64,000 nucleotides of DNA from Antedon mediterranea (lineage: Eukaryota; Animalia; Echinodermata), in contig NC_092674.1 of the NCBI RefSeq assembly GCF_964355755.1, positions 17,732,001-17,796,000 on the forward strand, written 5' to 3'. Shown here piece by piece: positions 49,751 through 63,746 of the stretch. The notes beneath the pieces were generated by a model that was not told where the DNA came from, did not search any database, and saw nothing but the letters and a program-made list of their open reading frames with translations. Positions within the stretch are counted from its first letter, which is position 1. The number at the start of each line of letters is the position of its first letter. Both the position numbers and the translations under genes were made by a program.

Positions 49751-50228
49751 GTCGCTCCCCTTTGTTAAAAGGATACAAATTACATAAACCGGGCCAAACG
49801 AAAAAAAAAAAAAGCCAATGAAATGTCCAATAACTGACCTATCCTGTATAAATCTGATACTGTATTCGATTTCTGTTATCTAATGTCAAGTTTGATCACG
49901 ATTATTTGAAAAGCATTGAAAAACAATCAAATGTTTTGGCAACTTCTTGATAACATATTGTGTTCTCACTGCTTAGAAGATAACGCTAGCGTTCTACTAG
50001 GTATATCAAAACAATTGCTAAACCTCTGGTTTGGGAAGACGTCGAGAGGCGACCGGTTTTTTTTTTAACCAAAGGTATCATTTCCAAATACAATATTGCA
50101 CTTTGTTGGTTTTGTGTGTGTTTTTGTTTCCGAGATAGTAGCTACGGCACAGAATCAATGGAACGATACAAAAAAAAGACAATATCGTAATAATATTAAC
50201 AATAATAATAATATTTTTTTATTTTTGT

Positions 50229-51464
50229 TGATTGATCTTCTTAACAAACGGTTAATGGGCATCAGGGTCCCGCAATTTACTGCGCGTTGCCAGAGTAGCT
50301 TAGAAGACAATCAGCACTGGAAAGATATAGTCTTTATTTAATGTTTCCTAAATATAGGCCTAATTAAATGTTGTTTTTCAAAAAAGGCAATACATAATTG
50401 TTCTTGTACTAACCAAAACTTCATTTATATTTCATTGAAGCTTCAGAATATCGAGAATGGCTGGTCCATTTCTCTATACCAGTGCTAAAAGGGGTGATGG
50501 ACACAGATGTATTTGCACATTATTGTATGTTTGTGAATGGAATTTCTCTTTTAACCAAAACATCAATAACAGAAGAGAATTTAACCGAAGCTGAGAATTC
50601 TCTGCGGGGGTTTTGCCGCATTTTCCCAGAGATATACGGTATCGTTTATTGATTTAAAGAGTTCTGATTTAATTTAACATAATACATCTCTGTGGGTTAT
50701 ATTACTGTATATAAAATTAAGGTCTGAATAGCAATAATTATCCTATACTTTCATACATTACTATTTGTTATTATTTCACTTGTTTTCCAGGGCAAACAAA
50801 GCAAACAATGAATTTGCATTTGCTGAAACCAATTTTCTTGTTTTGGGTTTGAATCAATGAATGCCGCCTTAAAGAAAATGGTACATGGATCGAGATTTGT
50901 TAATAGCCAAGTAAGGATCTTGATTTGCAACGTTGTATCGGATACATGATTTATACAGTATGTTAGTTATACGTACAAATACAATCGTGATAACTCTGAT
51001 TTGTTTATTTAACTTATATTTTATGTTTGACTAATATAGATTTCATTTGCTGTTGGTATAGCATAGGGCCTATCATCATTGGTTACAAATATTATCTTTG
51101 CTTAAGCAGTTGTCCGTTAAGTTCCTGAGGTAAGTTAAAGTAGAAATTGGTATACGTATGTAATTCAGTTAAAACAGTTAGGTATTTTTTACTTGATTTT
51201 TCACAATTTACACTATATTTTACCAAAAAACAAGCTAACAATTGTATATATATATATTTTTTAGAGATGACAGTCGACGAAACAACTAGTCGAATTTTAC
51301 CTATCACAGAAAACTCTGCTCATTTTGAATTAATTTCAAAAGTGCAATACACTGGGCAATTCAACCGCTATATGAAAGGAAGAAACACATTTACTTGTGC
51401 GAGTACTGAAATAAGCAAGAGGAGAAGTAATTGCAGTATTATGTTTAAGGAAAGAAGAGAATGA
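50229..51464 (+). pseudogene. CMC/EnSpm-like transposase, C-terminal exons (~50229-50324, 50441-50638, 50791-50910, 51040-51128, ~51265-51464)
   Basis: NKRLMGIRVP..HWK|ASEYREWLVHFSIPVLKG..EIY|G..TMNLHLL..SCFGFESMN..MVHGS. One donor is mutated (AT at 50325). Confidence 0.85.
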
Positions 51465-51694
51465 GGATAGCTGTGGTCAAATAATTAACTTTATTTCCAC
51501 GGATATGTGCCCATATGTGATCATCCAAGAATATCACAATGTATATAAGATTGTAAACTACATTCATTAAGTAAGGCCTGGGCAGATAATAATATTTACC
51601 AGTGTCGTGTATCCGATTTAATTGTCTGTTCATTTACAATTACATAAATGATCAAATAATGTATCTGTTCCTAGGAACTTGTTGGAACACGATT

Positions 51695-51872
51695 TAATGT
51701 CAGGATATCAACCCCGAAACCTAAAAATACCAGGATGGTGTCCGGCGGGGGATAGTTTACCACAGAATATTTGTGTTTTTTTCTTTCAATATCAATTTTC
51801 CATATCATATCGACCCCGAAACCTAGACTCAGAAATACCCGGATGGTGTCCGGCGGGGGATAGTTTACCATT
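51695..51872. repeat. Two direct copies of a ~55-bp motif (third copy at ~19335-19393)
   Basis: ccccgaaaccta...ggatggtgtccggcgggggatagtttacca. Confidence 0.75.
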
Positions 51873-52215
51873 GTAAATATTTATCGGTTTTTGTAAATTT
51901 CAATATACATATCGTTTATTTGTGGCAATAGTAGGTCCATGTTTGCGTATCTGTCTGTTTATAGTCACAACATCTGAATGAATTTGTCCATTTACCTTTA
52001 ATCCACACTAGACTCCATTAAATTGTATTACGTGATCAATGCGCACTTTTTATATATTATTCAATCATAATCAGAAATACACCATACACCAAGCCCATGC
52101 AGGTCATGATCATGTCAAGATCGTAATAAAGAAAATGCCTAGCGGAATTATTTTTTAAAAAATGTGCGTTTATTTAGGCTTAGGCCTACATATAATGGTC
52201 AAAATAAATGTTTAA

Positions 52216-52607
52216 AGGCCCATTTACACTGGGACGATAACGATCGACGATAAATCGATAAATATGCATTTTCATACATAAAACAAAGGAAATCTAAAAC
52301 GTTTTTATTCTAGAACTATAGGATAACCATCTATGCTGCCGTTGATGAAAATTATATTTCACACGTCCAATCAAATGACGTCATGATCAGTAAGAGCAAT
52401 AATATCGTGACAATACAACGATGTTATTGTTTTTATATATCCTGACGTCATTTGATCGGATTTTTAGAAATTTGATTTTTATCAATGACAGCATAAATGA
52501 TTATCCTATAGTTCTAAAACGAAAACTTTTACAATTTATTTTATGCAAGAAAAATGTGTGTTTATCTATTTATCGTCTATCGTTATCGTCCCGGTGTAAA
52601 TGGGCCT
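52216..52607. mobile_element. PIF/Harbinger MITE
   Basis: TIR AGGCCCATTTACAC.GGGACGATAACGAT with TAA TSD on both sides; long imperfect inverted arms. Confidence 0.9.
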
Positions 52608-52888
52608 TAACGATTGGTCTGTTTGCTTTTTTTACTCTCTGATTGCAATTGTTCTTATTACAATATGTTCTTATATTCGACACCAATATTAAATTAGTAA
52701 ATAAACTAAAAACTGGGCAAGTCCCAGGACAGCCATAATCATCATTATTGAATTAAATTTGTTTTTGCAGTCATATAATTTTTTTTTACAAATGTATTCT
52801 GGATCTGGATGAATACTGACGAAGGACCACGTGGGTATATGTGCCAGGGGGTGCGTCTCTCGGTGTGCAAACATCATACTTAACTGAA

Positions 52889-53205
52889 TTTTTTTTTTTT
52901 TTTTTTTTCAATTTATTAATCATTCACAACTTCACTTAACTGACCAAACAATGACGAAAAAACAAACAAATCAACATCCATACATTAATATACATAAATC
53001 AATTGCTGCATTAAATTGAAGCCCATGACTTGGCAGTACATGCTATTAGGTGGTGCAATAGTGATTGTGCAATCATCTAAGTTTGTCTAAAGTGCTGATT
53101 TAAAGGTTTGTAATGATGATGCTTGTTTAATGCATTCTGGAAGTACATTCCATGCTCTTACAGTACGCGGAAAAAACGAATATTTGTATTTGTCTATTGA
53201 ATGAT
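52889..53205 (-). pseudogene. CR1-type LINE 3' end with poly(A)
   Basis: YKYSFFPRTVRAWNVLP..FKSAL*, then UTR, aataaa and a T-run on the + strand. Confidence 0.75.
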
Positions 53206-54130
53206 GACTAGAGGGTTCGCTCGCGCACCCTCTAGTGGGTGTACCCGAATGGTCCTCGAAAACATGACCAACGCCTCTGGAAATTGAAGCCCAGGTGACA
53301 CCTATGCATATGACTGATGAGTAATGTATGTTTATTTTGTGATGTTTCATGGTGGTCCATAAATTAGGTACGCCAAAAATATCGCTTCCAGGGTAATGTA
53401 GCAAATTAGAGTTAAAAAATAGACGAATAGAGAACAATATAGGCTAATTATTATATGTGAAACCTGTGCTGAAAATAAGTTTGGTAAGATACGAAATGTA
53501 TACCAATTATGATTGATTACGTCCCCTGTCAGTAATGATGTATGGACACTTGACAGCAATTGGTGGTTGGAACGTAAAGGGGAAAAGTTACTCAATAGAT
53601 TTATTTATTTGTAAACAAAATGTACATTAATTCTCCCTGTAATGATGTAAAAACTTTCAACAATAGGTATTACAACAATTGGTATTAATGCAAATAATAA
53701 TTGTAAAGAACAGTATATGTATAATATACATATTATATTATTATATATATTATCTGAACGTTACACACAGGAGGAAACCGTTAATAGGGGTCATCAATCA
53801 CTGAAACAGTCTCTAACGTGACCGTACCAAGAGACCAAAAGCATAGTTTATCAATGTGGGTGACAGTGAGCGGGGTTTTAACATTTGTATCACAATATAT
53901 CATGACAACAGCATCTTGTTAATTAAAACAAAAAGATCAAATAAAAACTTTCGTAGCCTACTTATATTTCGGTCGTAGTAGACACCATTTATAATTATAA
54001 ATAGAGCAAGCAACAGAAATAATCGATAAACAGTAATGGTGTTTCCCTGGTAGGCATGGCCTCCTATAGTAACATTGAATCGCACCTAAATTTGATAAAA
54101 TGATTAATAAATAGCAAAATAATTAGTTAA

Positions 54131-57100
54131 CTAGATTTAATTCGTCACTATGACGAATTATAGGTTATATGCATTGATTTAAATAAAGATAATTGATTTT
54201 TAAAAGATATATTAATTGATTGATTTTCTCAGAATCTTTAATTATTTATAATATATGATAGGACCTTGCTAACGCGAACACCATAGCCGGTATCACAATC
54301 CGATCAAAGATCCATATGCGTATAATGTCATAAACCACATTTGTTGTTACATAATAATAAAGACATAAGTTAATTTTTATCTAGATTTCATTATAAATCA
54401 TGTGTATAATCTATACACTAAGAAATAAATTTGAACAAACAATACGGATAATAAAAAAAAAATCTTATTTCGTTTCCCAAGGTGAGACTCGATCTCGGTA
54501 CCTTGAAAGCCATAGACACGAGCACAGACCACCGAGCCGTACACAACTGACTAAAAGTTGTAGAAAAATTCCTCCGTGTATTTACTATGCAGTAACCACT
54601 TTGATGCAAATAGATTATTACATACCGAAATGAATTATAATTTTTTACTATGATGACATCTTTAAAATGTATACAAATGATGCACTGTCAAACTACATAC
54701 TTTTAACTTTAATATATGAATTTTTGAAGGAAGAAAGTTAATGTTAAGTTTGTTATTTTGGCCTAAGAAAATGTCATAATTTGTTTGATTGTCGAAATTA
54801 TTTTTTTTAAATTTAATATGCAATTAATGATGACTTAATCAACTTTTGTTCTCTTTATTTGATAATAAATCATACATATGATACATACACTTCAAGAAAA
54901 TGAAATAAAAAATAGGTGTTCCCCTGCATTCTGACGATATATATTAATTTTAAAATTTAGCATATTTTCACCATTTTGTTAACTTATACGTGTGTAGCCA
55001 GTCACTTTTGACTTGCTCGTATAACGCAATTTCGAGTTGAAACCTGAATCAAATATGATGATATTATTAAAGAAAGATTGTAAAACAGAAATCGGGCAAA
55101 AAGAGTGCGCATTAACATTTAACGCGCAGTGCGCGTGCAAAAATCTGCGCACTCATGGAAATTTTTTAAACGCTTAAAATTGCCTGAAACGTACTCTAAT
55201 TTCATCGAAAATAAATTTTGAACATTTTAAGCGCGCGTACGCAAGCGTTATATGCGCTACGCACGTAATTTTATTGCCATATGATGAAATATGACCTGAA
55301 ATTTATGAGTACCAAATTTTGTTTAATTGTGATTCATGCTTGTGAAGATATGATTACAAACGTAATTTCGTAAAATCGCGCGTAGACCACGTAATTTTTG
55401 ATTACGCATCGTGAAAATATAACCACATCGATTCCTGGCCATGAGGAATATACTCTGAAAACTTGACTTAGCTAGATTAAACTGATGCCAAGATAATGCA
55501 CGGACAAAATAGTGCTAAGGAAAGAATAAATAAACTAGACATGAAACTCGTCACTTTGACGAGTTAGTTATCCGCACGACAAACGCCACGTGCACGTCAT
55601 ACGTTGGAATATTGCACACAGAAAAAGATTATGGCATTATGACCTGAAAAATATGATATGTTGTTAGTGCTGAATTCTGTCAATATTATACAGTATAAAC
55701 AGTATAATATGTATACATATTAAATACAGTGCAGAATAGGTGAAATTATGGGACCCGCCATTTATTCATATTTTTAACATGGCTACGGTATCAAAATTAA
55801 ACTCTAAGATAGCAATTTCGGAAGGAAATTATCTCAGCAACAACATATTAACATGTAGAAGGAATTTGAATACGTAAAATATAGATGCGCGCTCTTTTAA
55901 ATGTGATAAACTATGACGCAAAAGGTGAAAATACGACATTTTTTAGTTAACTGGCCATATGATGACGTCATAACATCTGATTAGCAAAATTTTCACATGA
56001 ATTCGTATCTACAATCCAATAGCTTCCAGAAAACGTTTTAATTATGATTATCACTTTTTATTGTTACGAGCTATAACAGATTGAAATTTACTGTAAAGAT
56101 GAAAATAAGTGACCCACGTTATTTACATTTTTAGACATGATGACGTTATAAAAATTTAAATATTTTTAACTCATTGGAAAGATAGTTGATTGACCTAGAC
56201 AGTATTAAAATCTTGCAGAAAATGGAATACGGATAAGCGTGATGCGCTCCATTGAATGTGATGAGCAATAACGAAGAGAAAAAATTCCTATATTTTGCAT
56301 TCGTGTGGCCATACGATGACGTCACAATGTCCGGTTAGCCATATTGATCCATCATCCGATATCTACAACTCATTAACTTCCAGAATATGTAATTTAAAAA
56401 AAAGTTCACCCCATAGTTTAGAATCTATGACTGTTTAAAAAAAGGCATAATTTTCATGAATTTTGGAACTTTTTCATCAAAAACGCGCAAAAATTTTCCA
56501 ATTCGACGTGCTCGTATGACGTAATTTTAAGTCAAAAATGGTTTTAAAATGGTAAAATTACTCTAGAAGGCTGGAAAAACATAATTCATACGAAAAAAAG
56601 ATGTTTTTCACGGTACGTGGCCACCGCGCGCGTAAAAAAATGCGCGCACGTGGGAATTTTTGACATGCTCAAAATGTCATGAAACGCGTAGAAAGTTGAT
56701 TAGAAATTGATTTTTCGCATTTTGAAATTTTAAACGCGCGGGCGTGCGTAACTTCGTGTGAAACATGCCATTTTTTCTCCACAGTCAGTTAGCGCAAGAT
56801 ATAAATTAAACTTTTGTTAAGTTTCAATTTAAATTGCTATATGGTTTTCGATCTATGTTAAATACGCGAAATTCGTTAAAACGCGCGTAAATCACGTTGC
56901 GCAATTCTGACGTCATTCACAATAGGAGGTGCACAATTTCACGTGAATGCCCACATGTTGACAAAGTTATAAAATGTTTTGTTTACAAGTTTTTGAGATA
57001 CGCGAGACACAAAATTGACAGAAAGAAAGAACTAGACATGAAACTCGTCACTTTGACGAGTTAGTTATCCGCTCGACAAACGCCACGCGCACGTCATACG

Positions 57101-60100
57101 TTGGAATTTTGCACACAGAAGAAGATTATGGCATTATTACTTGAACTGAAGAATATGATGTGTTGTTAGTGCTGAATGCTGTATATTTTGTGTCATATAG
57201 TATACACAGTATAATCTGTATACATATCACCGACAGTGTAAAATAGGTGAAATTACAGGACCCGTATTTTATTCCAATTTTTAACATGTTGACGGTTTCA
57301 AAATGAAACGCGAAGGTAGTAATTTCGGAAGAAAATTATCTCAGCAACAACATATTAACGTTTAGAAGAAATTTGAATACATGTAATATTGATGCGTGCT
57401 TTTTTTAATGTAATGAACTATGACGCAAAAGATGAAAATAAGACTTTGTTTATTTAACTGGCCATATGATGACATCACAATATCTAATTGGCAAAAAATT
57501 CACATGATTTCGTATCTACAATCCGATAGCTTCCTGAAAACGTTTTAATCGTGATTATCACATTTTATTGGTACGAGCTATAACAGATTAAAATTTACTG
57601 TAAAGATGAAATTAATGACCCTGTTAATTAAAATTTTTAGGCATGATCGTAATAACAATTAAAATATTTTTAACTCATGTGAAAGATAGTTGATTGACCT
57701 AGATAATATTAAAATCTCGGAGGAAATGGAATACGGATAAGCAAGATGCGCTCTATTGAAAGTGATGAGCAATAACGAAACAGACAAAAATCCTATATTA
57801 TACATTCGTGTGGCCATACGATGACGTCATAACATCTGAGAGTTAAAAATTGTGAATGAATTTATATCTACAATTTATCTTCTTGCATAATAAGTTTTAA
57901 AAAATTCGGGTCACCTTTGATCCTGAAGAGCTATAATAGATTCAAAATAGGCATTATTTTGACAATATTTTATAACTTTTTCATCTAAAACGCGCGCAAA
58001 TGGTCCCAATCAACGTGTTCATATGACGTCATGTTAATTTGAAATGATGTCAATCTTTTTTAAAATGACTAAGAAAGGCTGTAAAATCATAATTCAAGAG
58101 AAAAACACATGGTTTTCATGCTCCGTGCGCACCTTGCGCGTAAATTTTTTCGCGCGCGTGGGAATTTTTGACATGCTTAAAATGTCCTGATCAGCGTAGA
58201 AAGTTGATTAGAAATTAATTTTGCGCATTTTGAAAGTTTAAATGCGCGTGCGCGGGTTACTTCTTGTAAAACATGCCATTTTTAATCCATAGAAATTTTT
58301 CCCTTGATATGAATTAAATTTTCACTAAGTGTCAATACAAAATGACTTTTGGTTTTTAGTCTATGATCAATCATAAAAAATCATAAAATCGCGCGTAAGT
58401 CACGTTGCGCAACTCTGACGTCATTCAAAAATAGGAGGTGCACAACTTCACGTAAATGCCCATATGTTGAAAAAGTTATGAAATGTTATGTTTACAAGTT
58501 TTTGAGATACGCGAGACACAAAAATGGAGGAGAAAGAAATAAGAAAAAACTAGACATGAAACTCGTCACTTTGACGAGTTAGTTATCCGCACGACAAACG
58601 CCACATGCACGTCATGCTTTAGAATTTTGCACACAGAAAAAGATTATGGCATTATGACCTGATCTGAAGAATATAATATGTTGTTAGTGCTAAATTCTAT
58701 CAATTTTGTGTCATATAGTACAGTATAAACAGTATAATCTGTATACATATTACATACAGTGTAGAATAGGTGAAATTACGGGACCTGCCATTTATTCCAT
58801 TTTTTAACATGGCGACGGTATCAAAATGAAACACTAAAATAACAATTTCGGAAGGATATTATCTCAGCAACAACATATTAGCGAGTAGAAGAAATTTGAA
58901 TACGTAAAATATAGATGCGCGCCCTTTTAAATGTGATGAAACATTACGCAAAATATGAAAATACGCCTTTTTTTTATTCAACTGGCCATATGATGACGTC
59001 ACAACATCCGATTGGCAAAATGTTTACATGAATTCGTATCTACAATCCCTTAGCTTCCAGAAAACGTTTTAATCATGATTATCACTTTTTATTCTGATGA
59101 GCTATAACAGATTGAAATTTACTGTAAAGATGAAAATAAGTCACCCACGTTATTTACAATTTTCGACATGATGACGTCATAAAAATTAAAATATTTTTAA
59201 CTCATGCGAAAGATAGTTCGTTTACCTAGACAATATCAAAATCGGGGTGAAAATAAAAAACGGATAAGTGGAGATGCGCTCTATTAAATGTGATGCGCTA
59301 TGACGAAAGATATAAAAATCCTATATTTTATATTCGCGTGGCCATACGATGACCTTATAATGTCCGATTAGCCATATTAATGCATGATTCCATATCTACA
59401 ACTCATCAACTTCCAGAATATATAATTTAAAAAAAGTTCACCACATTCTATGAATTTAAAAAAAGTTCACCACATTCTATGAATGACAAATTTTTGAACT
59501 TTTTCATAAAAAACGCACGTAAATTATCCAATTGGATGTGCCCGTATGACGTAATTTTAGGTCAAAATTGTTCAAAAGTTGGTAAAATTACTAGAAAAGG
59601 CTGGAAAAACATGAATCACGCAAAAAAATTTATTTTCAACGCTACGTGCGCACCGTGCGAGTAAAAATATGCGCGCGCGTGGGATTTTTTGACTTGCTCA
59701 AAATGACATGAAACGCGTAGAAAGTTGATTAGAAATTGATTTTTCGCATTTTGAAATTTTAAACGCCCGTGCGCGCGTAACTTCGTGTGAAACCTGCCAT
59801 TTTTTTTCCACAGTCAGTTAGCGCGAGATATAAATTAAACTTTTGTTAAGTTTCAATTTATATTGCTATATGGTTTTCGATCTATGTTAAATACGCGAAA
59901 TTCGTTAAAACGCGCGTAAATCACGTTGCGCAATTCTGACGTCATTCACAATAGGAGGTGCACAATTTCACGTGAATGCCCACATGTTGACAAAGTTATA
60001 AAATGTTTTGTTTACAAGTTTTTGAGATACGCGAGACACAAAATTGACAGAAAGAAAGAATAATACAGAACTAGATTTGAACTCGTCACTTTGACGAGTT

Positions 60101-61852
60101 CGGGTTATCCGCGCAAACGCAACATCCACATACGCTTAAAATATATGAACGCCGAAAATTATTATGCCTTCCTATTACATGATTTAAATACGTTTACAGT
60201 GCTGAATTGTACCTATTTTGTAGCATACAACATATTACAGTATTTACAGAATACACTGTATATGTTATATACAGTGTAGCATAGACGAAATTACAAGACC
60301 CATCTTTTAAATCCAATTATTAACACGATGACGTCATCAAATTGACATAAAGATAACTATTTTAGAAGATAATTATCTAAATAATTACATTAATACAAAT
60401 TTGAAAAATTTTGGGCACGTAAAAGTGACATGCGCTCTCGTTTAAACGCAATGAACTTTTACGCAAGAAATGAAAATATGACTTTTTGAATACAACTGGC
60501 CATATGATAACGTCATGACATCAGATAGACAAAATTTGTATATGAATTCATATCTACAATTCAACAACTTCTATAATAAGTTTTAATCATGCGCGTCACT
60601 TTTTATTCTGACGAGTTATAACAGATTGAAGTTTACTGTAAAGATGAAAAGAAGTGACCCACGTTATTTACATTTTTAGACATGATGACGTCATAAAAAT
60701 GAAAATATTTTTAACTCATGCGAAAGATAGTTTATTGACAGAGACAATACTAAAATCTCGGAGGAAATTGAATACGTATAAGCAAGATGCGCTCTGTTGA
60801 ATGTGATGAGCAATAACGAAAGAGACAAAAATCCTATATTTTACATTCGTGTGGCCATACGATGACATAACATCCGAGAGGTAAAAATTCTGCATGAATT
60901 CATATCTACAATTTATCTTCTTACATAATAAGTAAAAAAAATTGGGGGTCACCTTTGATCCTGAAGAGCTATAATAGATTAAAAATAGGCATAATTTTGA
61001 CAATATTTTGTCACTTTTGCAACTAAAATCCGCGCAAATGGTCTAAATCAACGTGTTCGTATGACGTCATTTTAATTTGAAATGATGTCAATCTTTTTTA
61101 AAATGACTAGGAAAGACTGTAAAATTATAATTCAAGAGAAAAACACATGATTTTCATGCTCCGTGCTCTCCTTGCGCGTAATTTTTTTCGCGCGCGTGGG
61201 AATTTTTGACATGCTCAAAATTTCATGATCAGCGTAGAAAGTTGATTAGAAATTAATTTTGCGCATTTTGAAATTTTAAATGCGCGTGCGCGCGTAACTT
61301 CTTGTGAAACATGCCATTTTTAATCCATAGAAAGTTTGCCCTTAATATGACTTAAATTTTCACCAAGTGTCAATAAAAAATGACTTTTGGTTTATAATCT
61401 ATGATCAATCATAGAAATTCATAAAATCGCACGTAACTTACGCTGCGCGACTCTAACGTCATGTAACGAAGTTTCTTGCACATCTACAGCTACAGGTCAC
61501 TCTTTTTACCAAGTTATACAAAGTTACGTTCACAAGCAATAGGGGATATGCGACACACAAAAGTCCGGGAAAGAAAGAAGAATAACAAAGAAGATGAAGA
61601 AAAAGATATTTACAATAACATGGGTTATCCGCAACTAAGCGGATAACTAAAAAAAAAAGTAACAGGACGATTACAAGTAGTTATCCGCTACTATGCGGAT
61701 AACTAATAATACAGAAAAAAAAAAAAAAGATGATTTCATACAGTTACAAGGAGTTATCCGCTACTAAGCGGATAACTAATAAATAAATAAATAAATAAAT
61801 AAAGATTTTGACAGAATCAAGAGGTTATATGCATATCATGCATATAACCTAA
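54131..61852 (-). mobile_element. Five nested Helentron-like (HINE) elements, ~1.5 kb each
   Basis: CTAG + stem-loop + subTIR ends at 54131, 55535, 57032, 58550 and 60071; stacked subTIR hairpins at 61623, 61679, 61752 and 61822. Confidence 0.85.
54475..54545 (-). other. Degenerate tRNA-derived (A-box/B-box) segment inside the outer HINE
   Basis: Minus strand TACGGCTCGGTGG ... GAG-ATCGAGT-CTC; no full cloverleaf. Confidence 0.4.
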
Positions 61853-62259
61853 TTACTAGTAAGTAGGCCTTTATAATTGATATTTGAATATCTAAAACAA
61901 AAATTGTAGTTCATGATTCAGTTGAATCACTAAAATCACATTGTAGTTCACATAAAAGTAAAGGCCTTCAATAAAAGTTAAATTACTAGAACAAATTGTA
62001 GTTCACGTAAAGTAAATGCCTTTAATCAATATAATTGATTAGTTGAATATCTAAAACAAATTAATTTCAGTAGTTCACGATACGTTGGGTTAACCACTAA
62101 AATATTTTTTTATTTAATATTGAATGGCGCCACCAACGGCCATTTTGCCGAAAGTGACTGACCCGGAAGCCAGTTGAACAACATCACGAGTGTGTGAAAA
62201 TAACCCTGTGATATCCACAAATTTCGATAGGTAACGCTAAATTTTGTCCTTGTAAAAGA

Positions 62260-62420
62260 CAAAAGTGGAACAATAGCATCGATGTGAAAACTAATGTTAT
62301 CAAATCTACGTTTCGCGGTACATCTGAGATAGATAAGGTAGGTATCCATGGCGGAGATTTGTACCGAAGTTTTTGCATTGTGCTCGCCTATGTCAGAATT
62401 AACCATAATTTATATAAAGA
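62260..62420 (+). repeat. Dispersed repeat segment shared with ~19765-19910
   Basis: Near-identical ctaatgttatcaaatctacgtttcgcggtacatct...gtcagaattaaccataatttatata. Confidence 0.8.
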
Positions 62421-63746
62421 TAATGGCTGTTTCAATCCTTATAGTTAGGGAGATGGCTATCGGATCTCCTGCATAAAACGAAACATGCATTGTTTATGCA
62501 GGAGTGCATATTGCACTCATCAGCTGGTAAACCAATAGCGTAATACCCTCAACATATTAAATTAACTCAACTTGGTTATCTCATTAAAACAACAATTGAA
62601 CTTGGTTGTAAACATATTGTATATTGAACAAAAAACAACTCAACATTTTTAATCAATTATGGTAAAAGTAAATAAAAACCAACGTATGAAAAGGTTATAT
62701 TATAGTGATGTAACAAAACTCAACAGTGTTTGAAATGAATAAATAGCAATGGCGAATAAAATGAATGAACAAACAGTAAATGAAGTCATGGTCTCTTACC
62801 TTAAAAAAATGATCATCGACGACGCCGCATCACTTATACATTTTTGTTTAACTGAAGACATAATGATACATGTATCCGCTAATTATAGGAAAGAAAATAG
62901 AAATATACGGTACAGAGATTTTCATGAAAAGCTGTTATTATTCGTCCATGATTTATGAATTGATTCTTACCAAAAATATTGATAGTTTTTATAGAATAAT
63001 CTATCAAATGCAATTTTACTGTATAATCGTAGCATATATAATACCTGTTTTCTTGGTATAAAGGCCAAAATTCAAACTAATTTGCTAAGTTGTAGAGTGA
63101 ATTTAATGTGTAAATGTTTTGCTATTTATAACTTATAGATGCCTTGAATGGATAAATATAGAATGATAGATTCTGCTTTCATGGACTTCATTGTGCAATC
63201 AGAGGTTTTTCACTGTTGCTGATTTTCTTGTCATTAGAAGTTCAATTTAATTTATTCCAGATTTTACAATACACAAACAATAACACATTCATCACACATG
63301 CTAGACCCGGGGGACTCCAAGAGCGAACTTAATCACTTTTGATGGGACGTCCCGTCCAGTTAATCTTACAATACATATTTTCATGGTGTATGTGATAATA
63401 ATAAATGGTTACTGCCACATCCTAGAACAATTCCACTCCTTAATATAGTATATTTCCATACATTATTTAATCTTTATATCGTATTAATATGGCCTTACAC
63501 TTGTGTTACTTGTGTTGATTGGCATTGACGTTTCTCGTACTCAATAAATACTGTATCTATTTTCTTTTGTATATTATTTAATAACTGAACAGTTTATTTA
63601 TCTGAAAATATGTACAAAGCTGAGGATCAAATATCCATTTCTAGTTCTAAATACAACCTTAAACATGCCCTGATCTCCGTATATGGCAACTAAAATGTTT
63701 TAATTTTTGTTTTTTTTTTGCTTTGATAATTCTTATATATATATAT

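Noticed and set aside
52817-52845. Third hammerhead (CTGACGAaggacc..)
   Set aside because: No closing stem II or GAAA follows.
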